A stretch of 62,551 nucleotides of DNA, the filler included, from Stramenopiles sp. TOSAG23-2 (Eukaryota), in the NCBI GenBank assembly GCA_900128395.1. It is 9 parts of 9 records of this genome, joined end to end, with 100 filler letters (N's around TTAATTAATTAA, not from the genome) between each part and the next. Parts side by side here need not be neighbours in the genome. Positions count along the whole stretch, not along the records: positions 17,055 to 25,477 come from LT650209.1; positions 25,578 to 33,967 come from LT650210.1; 7 more parts are not named here. One strand, 5' to 3'. The notes under the pieces were generated by a model, which was not told where the DNA came from, did no database searches, and saw only the letters and a list, made by a program, of their open reading frames with translations. Below, piece after piece: positions 21,324-30,400 of this stretch. Position numbers and translations under genes: made by a program. Each line of letters starts with the position of its first letter. The stretch's first letter is position 1.

Positions 21324-24300
21324 TTAAGCTGGAAGATTACCAGCATCTTTTGGAAAGTTAGTAATATCAAACGTTACTGTGTTTGACTCATCCTTTTCAC
21401 GAAATATTCCAACAAGACCATCAGCTTTGCCATAAAATGTATGTTTCAAACTGATAACGATTAGTTGAAAATTTGTATCGGGCTGATTCACTTTATTTCG
21501 CAAATAAGAAGAGACCTTGTTAACATTGACATTATCCAACGCCGCATCGATTTCATCCATAACAAAAAATGGAGAAGGTCGATATTCGTAAATTGCAAAT
21601 AGTAATGCTAAAGCAGCAACAGTTTTTTCACCACCAGATAATTGATCCATATCCCGAAAGCGTTTTGATGGAGGTTGTGCAGTGTATTTAATACCACCAT
21701 CATATGGTTCGGAATCATTTTCAGTAAATAATGTCGCTGATCCACCAGTTGGGTGCGTTGTGCTTTTCGTCAAATCTTTGTAGACATTATCAATCACCGC
21801 ACTTACACGCTGGAACATGTTCATGAATGCATCTTTGCGTTGTTTCTTCACCGTTTCAAATTTAGCCGCTACTGCCCTACTTCTTACTTTAGCTTGATTC
21901 AACTCTTCATTTGCTTCTTTCATCTTTTTCTCCGTATCTTTCAGCTGTTCAAGCGCCCTCATATTCGGTTGCGTTTTTTCAATCCATTGCTTTAATTCCT
22001 CGATATTTCGTTTAAACTCCCTTTTCTTGACTTTCATATCTTCAGGAGAGACAACTTTTCGATCTTTTTTGCTTAATTGTCTGAAATCAATAATTCTTTT
22101 ATCTTTTGCTTTGAATTTTTTCTTTTTCTTGCCACTGCTGCCATCCATCTCATCATCTGAGCTACTAGAATCATCATCATCAGAGGAAGAATCTTCATCA
22201 TCACTTTTTTCGCTTGATTTCTTTTTCGATAATACAGGCAATGCAACTTGCTCCAAAGCAGCAATTTGCTCAACACGTCCTTTGCGCGCTTTGTGCTGCT
22301 CCAATATAATTTCTTGGTTTGACAATTGCCTTTGCAAATCTTTGATTCGTAAGTTATGTTTCGATTTCTCTTTGATTGCTTGTTTTGCTTCAGCATCAGC
22401 GAAAAATTCTTTTTCTTTATCTGCTTTGTTTTTCTTTTCTAACTCACTTAATTTTCCACGAATAGCACTCATTTTTTGAGACAGTTGATTGACTTCATTT
22501 TGAACGGTCTTTTCTTTTTTCTCCGCCTCTCGTTTCTCCATTTGTGCCTGCGTCAATGGCATTAACATATCACGCTTGCCTCGCAGCTCCAATTCTTGGT
22601 TTAAATTTGCAATTCTTTTTCCTAGTGTTTGACGTTTCGCATCAACTTCTTGCGCGTGTTGGTATAATTCATTACGTAATCTACGAATATTTTCAACTCC
22701 AACAATTGCACTTAATTCAGAATATATATTTTTTTCAATTTCACGCATTTTTTCTTTTACCTCATGGACATTAGCACTTGCAATTGTAACTTGTTCTTTA
22801 ATTGCTTCAATTTTCGGTTTTAACTCTCCTAAACCTTTTTCACATAGATTTATTTGAGTATTATTCTTTTTGATTTTTGCTTCCGTTTCTTTTCGTTCCT
22901 GTTGACTTGTTTCCATTTTTGTTTCAACGGTTTTAATTTTCATCATGATTTCTTCCTCTGTCTCTGGTAATAACGCACCAGGCAATTTCAAACGGCCACT
23001 ATTAACTTCGCGTTGAATTACTTGCAATTCTTTTTTAATATCTTCACGTTTTTGCAATACTTCGTTTAATTCTTTCTCTTCCCAACGTTTTGCACGATCC
23101 GTTGTTGTTTCATCGATACCACCAGTCATATTTGCATTTCTGTGGATAATTTCACCATTTGAAGTGACAACTTTGACAGTATGGTTCATAACATAACGCA
23201 ATCGATGCGCCTCGTCGTAGGTATTACAATATATACAATCACCAACTACGTAAGTAATCGCCATTTTAACAATGGGGCTGAAATTCAATAAATCAAGTAA
23301 AAGTTTGTACGGCTGTTGTAGCATTCTCCATTTCTCTGCAATTGGCCTTACAACGATCGTATCCAATGGTATAAATTGTGCGACTCCAAGCCTTTGTTCA
23401 CGCATATACTTGATACAATCCAATGCTATTGCAGCGGTATCTACAACAATAGAATCAATGTGACTACCAATGGTAACGCTAACTGCCATTCTATATTCAC
23501 GCCTCGTTGGCTCGCATAAATCGATGATACGACCATGAACTCCTGGAAATAGACGTTTTAAACTTTCAACAATATCTGTCATACGTTTCGTTTTCGCACT
23601 TTCTCGTAAATTAATTTTAGCATTTGCAACTTTTTTCTCCACTTTATCATAATCTTTTTGCAAGGAAGCTAAGCGTCTGTTCTTATTTTGCCTCTCTTGT
23701 TGAAATAGATTTAACTTTGCTTGGACTGTATTTAATATTACATTTAATTTGTTTTCATTTTCTTTTTGCTTTACCAATTGACCATCAAATACACTTTCAT
23801 CAAATTTTAAACGTTTCAATTTTTCATTTAATGATTTTTCTTCTGCATCTAATTTTTCTTTTTCACTTTGACGTTGTACTAAAATACGTTCTAAACTTTG
23901 TAACTCTTGATCTTCTTTTACAGTTGCTTGGCGATATTCAGCATCTAATGCTTCATATTGGTCTGCGTGCTGCTGTAAAATTTCCATTGCATTATGCTTC
24001 GGGCGGTTCCGTTCCTCCTCGTTCAATTGGTCGAGTTGATCGGTTAAATCTTGCACGTCCTGAGTCATTTTTTTCAAATCTTCTTGGTGTTGTTCAAATT
24101 GCTTCTGACGTTCTGTTACTTTCTCGTTTGTAGTTGTAACTTTCAATGTTGCGCGTCTCATTTCCTCTTGCTTTTCGATTTCCTGCGGGACCATTGCTGC
24201 TAATTCTGTCCTAGCATCGTTTAATATTTTTTCACTTTTTTGCTCCACTAAATGTAATTTATGATATGCTTTTTTCTTTTCTTTCGCAACCTTATTCGCT

Positions 24301-25163
24301 TTTCGTTCTTTTTCAATTGCATTATCAATTGCATCAAGACTAATATCGACATTTTGTTGCTGTTCTTGTATTTCACGTTCACAATGATATAAACGCCACA
24401 AAAAGTAATGCAAACGTAAATCAGATAAACTTTTCTTTTTTGCTTCAAAATTTTGCGCTTCTTCTTTTTGCAATGACATTTGATTATACTCATTTCGCAG
24501 ACCTTTTCGCATATTACTAGCATGTAACACACTTTCCTCCGCATTTTTACTTGATACTTTCAATTGATCGTATTCTCTTTTAAAACGGTCTGAACCACTA
24601 ATTTGTTCAAAATATTTTGTCAACTCTTCCGGTTTTTTCTGTGCAATTGATTCAACATCACCTTGAAAGACTAACGAGTTGCGAGCTTTGACAACAATGC
24701 CAATTTCAAGCAAGGTATCATCGTACATAGTCTTCGTTACATTTTCTGTTCCAATACTATAAACGGACGTGCCATTAGGTTGAATTGTACGTTTAAACGG
24801 GACTTCGTCGCCAACATTATAACCTTGAATGTTTGCATCGCTCGTATCGAGTTCATATACCATACTAACCCAAGCACCTTGACTGTTGGTATTTGATTTT
24901 GTATTTGGTTTACCAGAGGGGGAGGAAACCAACCCATTTGATTCGGTTTCAATTGGAGCGCTGCGATGTATTAAATCAAGCAAATGGTGCCCGCGTAAAT
25001 GCGCGGCACGTACTCCTAAAACGAACGAAATAGCGTCCATTAAGTTTGATTTTCCTGCACCATTTGGACCTATGACAGCAGAAAAATCTTTAAAAGGACC
25101 AATGATTTGTTTACCAGCATAAGATTTAAAGTTAAATACTTCAAGACGTGATATACGACCCAT
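21324..25163 (-). CDS. SMC1: SMC1, identical inverted copy (likely artefactual duplicate)
   Basis: Identical 1279-aa translation mirrored about 21266.5. Confidence 0.6.
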   Translation of the reverse strand: MGRISRLEVFNFKSYAGKQIIGPFKDFSAVIGPNGAGKSNLMDAISFVLGVRAAHLRGHHLLDLIHRSAPIETESNGLVSSPSGKPNTKSNTNSQGAWVSMVYELDTSDANIQGYNVGDEVPFKRTIQPNGTSVYSIGTENVTKTMYDDTLLEIGIVVKARNSLVFQGDVESIAQKKPEELTKYFEQISGSDRFKREYDQLKVSSKNAEESVLHASNMRKGLRNEYNQMSLQKEEAQNFEAKKKSLSDLRLHYFLWRLYHCEREIQEQQQNVDISLDAIDNAIEKERKANKVAKEKKKAYHKLHLVEQKSEKILNDARTELAAMVPQEIEKQEEMRRATLKVTTTNEKVTERQKQFEQHQEDLKKMTQDVQDLTDQLDQLNEEERNRPKHNAMEILQQHADQYEALDAEYRQATVKEDQELQSLERILVQRQSEKEKLDAEEKSLNEKLKRLKFDESVFDGQLVKQKENENKLNVILNTVQAKLNLFQQERQNKNRRLASLQKDYDKVEKKVANAKINLRESAKTKRMTDIVESLKRLFPGVHGRIIDLCEPTRREYRMAVSVTIGSHIDSIVVDTAAIALDCIKYMREQRLGVAQFIPLDTIVVRPIAEKWRMLQQPYKLLLDLLNFSPIVKMAITYVVGDCIYCNTYDEAHRLRYVMNHTVKVVTSNGEIIHRNANMTGGIDETTTDRAKRWEEKELNEVLQKREDIKKELQVIQREVNSGRLKLPGALLPETEEEIMMKIKTVETKMETSQQERKETEAKIKKNNTQINLCEKGLGELKPKIEAIKEQVTIASANVHEVKEKMREIEKNIYSELSAIVGVENIRRLRNELYQHAQEVDAKRQTLGKRIANLNQELELRGKRDMLMPLTQAQMEKREAEKKEKTVQNEVNQLSQKMSAIRGKLSELEKKNKADKEKEFFADAEAKQAIKEKSKHNLRIKDLQRQLSNQEIILEQHKARKGRVEQIAALEQVALPVLSKKKSSEKSDDEDSSSDDDDSSSSDDEMDGSSGKKKKKFKAKDKRIIDFRQLSKKDRKVVSPEDMKVKKREFKRNIEELKQWIEKTQPNMRALEQLKDTEKKMKEANEELNQAKVRSRAVAAKFETVKKQRKDAFMNMFQRVSAVIDNVYKDLTKSTTHPTGGSATLFTENDSEPYDGGIKYTAQPPSKRFRDMDQLSGGEKTVAALALLFAIYEYRPSPFFVMDEIDAALDNVNVNKVSSYLRNKVNQPDTNFQLIVISLKHTFYGKADGLVGIFREKDESNTVTFDITNFPKDAGNLPA

Positions 25164-25477
25164 ACTTATGTTTTCTCAATAATGGTTGGATATATGTTGT
25201 GTATATGGTTTGCGCCGATACGGTAGAATAAGATTTTGCTTTTAAACAATATTGTATTATATATTTGAAAAACAAATATATACAAAACAACAATATAACA
25301 AAAGATGTTTCTTTGATTATTAAATCAATAAAATGATTCGTATTTTTCTTGTCTTAATATATATATATATCTTTGTTTGATCGTATTCTTTTTTCAATAT
25401 ATTTGACTCTAATGGAAAAAGATGTAATAATGCAATAATATATATAATAGGAAATATGTATGTATATGATGAAACGT

Positions 25478-25577
25478 NNNNNNNNNNNNNNNNNNNNNNN
25501 NNNNNNNNNNNNNNNNNNNNNTTAATTAATTAANNNNNNNNNNNNNNNNNNNNNNNNNNNNNNNNNNNNNNNNNNNN
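25478..25577. other. Artificial contig spacer
   Basis: N44-TTAATTAATTAA-N44. Confidence 0.98.
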
Positions 25578-25578
25578 T

Positions 25579-25674
25579 ATAAATGACGATGATTTACAAC
25601 TAGCAAGAAAGTCAACCAAAAATATATCTTATCATTTATTAACACAACATAAACAAAATGTGAGTAAGAGATAA
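25579..25674 (+). CDS. Probable 3' end of a gene cut by the contig edge (INDDDLQLARK..VSKR*)
   Basis: Open frame from the contig start to TAA 25674, followed by a typical 3' intergenic region. Confidence 0.45.
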   Translation: MNDDDLQLARKSTKNISYHLLTQHKQNVSKR

Positions 25675-25995
25675 GAGAGTAAAAAATAAAAAAAATATTT
25701 TTACGCTCGATGATATTCGTATGATATACGAAGTCGTATTATGTACCGGCTTGTATCATATTAATATCATACGCGTACGAACGTACGAGTTCGTATAATA
25801 TATTCGTACGAAGTATATATACGGTGTGTGTAAGAAAATATGGTATATCTAAGCGGCTCTGTAATACGAATAATTTAATTTACGCGTCGCATAATAAAAT
25901 TTAGTCTCTCTTTTTTATTTTAATTTACTCACATGATAGTGCGATACTTCTAACTCTTCAAAAGAATATAATAAGTGAGGGAATGATATCTATCT

Positions 25996-27015
25996 CTAAC
26001 CTCCTCCTTGATCAAAGTAATTACTAACCATGGATGCAAAACTTGAATAGCCACTAAGATCTGATACCTGTGATTGTTGAGCAATTAATTTGGCAACTAA
26101 TGCATTTGTCAATGATGACATGAAAACAATTTTCAATTCTGGATCTCGCTTGAATAATATACTCAATTCATCAGTATTTATTGATATAAAGGTACACTCG
26201 TTTTCAGCTATCACCTGTGCCGTCGCTAAAGGGCTCATTTGAATTTCTAATTTATCTTCTATTTTCTTACCATCATCATTGTTTTTCGTGGATTCATCCT
26301 TTATGGAATTAATTTCTTTCAAAAATGATATTTCTCCAAAAACTGCTCGTGGTGAATCCCCTTTAATTGTTGCAATTTTTTTGCTGCTTTTGTAAACACC
26401 AGCTTCCCCTTTGATCAAAAAGTTTATATATTTATATGGTTTATCTTCTTCAATCAACACTTCGCCTTTATTTAATTCAACCTTTTCACAAAAATCCAAT
26501 AGTTTATAATATTTTCTTGCTGATAAATTGCTTAAATGTCTATCGTATAGATCTAATTCATCACCATCAAAGTTTATTGGCGTTTTATCAAGCAATAGCT
26601 CTGTGACTTTACCAATATGTAATAGAATAAAAACTGCTCCCCAGGCTATAGCAGGCTTTAGTGGTGGTTTTCTTGTAAAGTTATAATACATGCCGCAGAG
26701 TCCACCAGTAATGCTACAAGATCTTAAAAACATCATATCACTGCTACTCATACCAATCAAACTAATTAACATACCTGTATTTAAAATCAATACACCAGGT
26801 TCCGCATATTTCATTTGTTTTATCATTTGCACAAAAGATGTAGGATATTGCAATTTCTCCATAGCTTTACCCCCGCCTGTTACTTTTCCAACTCCAAAAT
26901 TTCTTGTCTTCGGCTTCAATGTTTTGTTAATTTTTTTAACTATTGGTGAAAAAAATTGATTATAAATTTTACGAGAAGCAGGTTGTTGTGCCATCGTCGA
27001 GAAGATACGTAACAT
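25996..27015 (-). CDS. Popeye-domain / cyclic-nucleotide-binding membrane protein
   Basis: Three hydrophobic segments with DMMFLRSCSI and AWGAVFILLHI (Popeye-like). Followed by a cNMP-binding fold (KGEVLIEED..FLIKGEAGVY..VFGEISFL..ATAQVIAENEC). Confidence 0.8.
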   Translation of the reverse strand: MLRIFSTMAQQPASRKIYNQFFSPIVKKINKTLKPKTRNFGVGKVTGGGKAMEKLQYPTSFVQMIKQMKYAEPGVLILNTGMLISLIGMSSSDMMFLRSCSITGGLCGMYYNFTRKPPLKPAIAWGAVFILLHIGKVTELLLDKTPINFDGDELDLYDRHLSNLSARKYYKLLDFCEKVELNKGEVLIEEDKPYKYINFLIKGEAGVYKSSKKIATIKGDSPRAVFGEISFLKEINSIKDESTKNNDDGKKIEDKLEIQMSPLATAQVIAENECTFISINTDELSILFKRDPELKIVFMSSLTNALVAKLIAQQSQVSDLSGYSSFASMVSNYFDQGGG

Positions 27016-27063
27016 GATGATGATGATGATTGTTCTTATAAATATGATTTATATATTAACATC

Positions 27064-27094
<31 letters not shown>

Positions 27095-27459
27095 TATTCC
27101 TATTACCTTCCATCTATTTTTAATCTATTATGTTTTCAAATAAATTGTGTTGACGTTTTGATGATGGACTTGTTGAAAGTATTAAATACATTTGACAGAA
27201 GAAAATATAACCCTACAATTTGTACCTATAGGTATTATAATATAATATTATAATGCACTCCAGCACTATAACAACCAGGCTAATAAACCAGCTAACCAGG
27301 CTAACACATATTAAATTATAATTTATTATTAATAATAATAAATAATTATTATTATCATACATTTAAGAACTAATCTCTCTCTCACTACATACATGCATAC
27401 ATACCATACATACATTTACATATGTACCAAACAGTTGAATAAATACTAATATAACTAAG

Positions 27460-30400
27460 ATGGAGATGCTTACGGAAGATTTGAAAGCATTAGTTTTAGA
27501 CGGATCTCTTAGCTTAAACCAAGCATTGTCCTTATTAAACTTACCACCAGTAACTAGTGTTCTTGAGGATGATACTATTAATAATATCACTAACAACCAA
27601 AAATTGAATGTAGATAAATTGACAAATGATTCAACAGTCGCCGTACCAATTCCATATAATAATACCAATGATGATGATAATAATAAGAGTGTAAAACCAT
27701 TACCACCACCATCTTATGAGTCTGTAGTTGTTGATGATGCCATGCAAGATGAGGAAGATATACGGAACAACCCAACAACTGTAATTGATGTTCTGTATGG
27801 CCATGAATTGCCCCAATATTTAGAAACTTTAAAATCTGTTTTAACTTCAAATAATGCAAGTCTTGGAGAAATTGAAAATGCATTGCAAAGTTCCACGCAG
27901 CAATCTTTCAGCGCAGTCAATGACCATGCTAGAAAAAAACACCTAGAAACGGAAACATCATCTAGTTTATCTATGACAGATGTCCAAGATGCGAGTAAAT
28001 TTGCAATGGCAATTGTTGAATTAACGCGTTTTGATTCAAAACAATATGAAGATACGCAAAATACTTCAACAATTATTGAAATCATCAATATGTTGATTGT
28101 TTGGAATCGCAATGGATGGATAGAAACCTTTTTAATGAATTGCCTTGGAAAAATTATTGTCGATTTTGATTTAAATTTCACGTTTAATCGTCCAGAGAAA
28201 AATATGAAACAACCTCTTATACTTCAAAAATTAAAATCTTGTTTGAAATACCATGAAAGCAATAGTAATAAAAGATTACGTAGGCAAAGTCTTACTGCTA
28301 ATACTAATAAAAAAATGCCAAAAAATATAAAAGATACTTTGGTAGACTTAGAGAAAGTTGTTGTACATGATCTGCGACAGCGAATAGCTTTACTCATCTT
28401 AAAGCAATGGAAAACATTAAATGATCAGCAAAATGTAAGTAATAAAAAAATTCTGTTTGCAAGCCCCAAATTAATTGATGCATACAATAATATTAATAAT
28501 CATAATACTAATAATGATATGGAGGACGCTACAACTAGTAACAACTATAATAATAATAACAACAATAGTCGAATTTACAAAAAGTTCAATAGAACCCGGC
28601 GTAGAACATTTATTGAAAATTTAACTGCAGCTAATTCCACGCAAACAACTGATTATTCCAAAAATGTCGAAAGTGGCAATAATTATAATAAAATAAAGAA
28701 GTCCCCACCTTCACCACATGTTAGGCGCAAAACAATAAGTGTTGCACCATCACGTATGAGAGTACAGAAAGAAAAAAATGTTAGTTGGTATGCGCTACGA
28801 CCACCTGATTCAACAAATGTAGTATTTAAAACTCTCGGACCAAAAGGAGCAAATGCGGCTTTAAAAGCTGGTGCTTCAATGTTTTCTGTCCCTAAATTAG
28901 AAACCAAAAAAGAATATTGGACACTTGAGTGCAATGTTCTAGCGAATCAACAAATCATATGGGAATTCCATGCATATCCAGCATCTAATTTAGATTTTTC
29001 TTTGAATTTTAGCGTTAACGTTGATTCGAACGTTGTTATTTTCCCTTCTACTCAAGCATCGAATGCACCAAATGCAGGATCATTACAGCAAGGCGAGGGA
29101 GGTACATATTCATTTCGATTTTCATCTAGAAATGTGTTAGGTTACACTGATCTGTGGTGTGTGGTTCGTTGCCCCAAAGCTGAAAGGGAGGATCAAGAGC
29201 AAAGAAGAAAATATGTTCGTGCAAGTCGCCCAATTGTTATTTCACATGCATTCGCAGATAACAAGTATCTAGCAAGCAATACACCATCAACACGTGCCTG
29301 CTTTGCATCAGACCCATCTTCCGAAGTACGCATGTGGAAGCGATTTATTGGAGACGAGCGTATTACAGGAGAATCGCCTGTTTATATTGAAGCAAAGGGC
29401 AAATTTCTCTCAATTTCGCAATTACAGGTAAATAAATTGTTTTTTTCAAGTGTAAAAGCTGAAGACGCTACGTTGTTTTATATAAGGGGCATTCATCCAT
29501 CCGAAGAGTTGACAATGAATAAACAATTTGAATTGGCAGTTGTTAAAAGTGATGGCGAATATGTTATATGTACTTCATTAGAAAAATATGCCGGAGAGAA
29601 TGAACTATGTTTAACATTGGTACGTGAAGCCAGACGTGATAGCCAGGAGAAGAAATTTGAAAATATTCGTCGAGTGACTTTCATTGCATCACCATCAACT
29701 AGTTCTAGATATCATGGTTCCAGCGATGCCAATGATCCGGTATACAGAGAAAGGCGATTGACTAATTTAGGAAATGATATTAGCGGGAAAGTTTGGTTAG
29801 AAAGGGCGGTCACTTTAGGAATATTAGATACAGTATCGTCTTCCTCAGCAAGAGAAGAAGCATTATGGTTCCAAGAAATGGAAAGAATTTCTTCATTACA
29901 AAGTCATGCAAAAAATCAAAAACATGGAAACCAGATAAATACAGAGCGTAAAAATATGGATAATAGCAATAATTTTGAAGACGCAATACAAGAAGAAACC
30001 AAGGAGGAAAAAATGAGGAAGACTATCTTGGAATATATCTTTTTGAACCAAGATATAGATGGTGATGAAGTTGATGAGCATAAAAACAAATTAATCAAAG
30101 AGCAACGTAAGGAAAGGCTATATCATATTTTACTTTCCATTGATTTAATTGCTTTAGATTTTTCTTCAACAGTGGATCATATAATATCTATGTTGGAAAG
30201 ACATCTTGAAAACGATGAGTTCTTACAGGATGATGTACTTTTACTAAAAACAGTTTTGGAGCAGAATAAACGAACAGTAGCTCGTCATGATAAATCCCAT
30301 GATCGTGTTATTGATGCACCAAATGAAAAAGAAAATACATTTTTACACTGGGTAGATAAAGTATCAACACTGGCAGAATGTTTTGCAACATATGATAGAG

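Larger units (their letters stand above)
17078..25455. repeat. Contig-length near-perfect palindrome (fold-back) centred on an (AT)n tract at 21266/21267
   Basis: All ORFs mirror (start+end = 42533) with identical translations. The centre GGCATATGATATAT..ATATCATATGCC has no spacer. The arms differ only in the outermost ~25 nt. Confidence 0.97.

Noticed and set aside
6156..25163. Apparent mitosis gene cluster (NEK, KNL1, NudC, SMC1)
   Set aside because: The genes lie on three separate contigs ordered by size. Only NEK and KNL1 share a contig, which is unremarkable.
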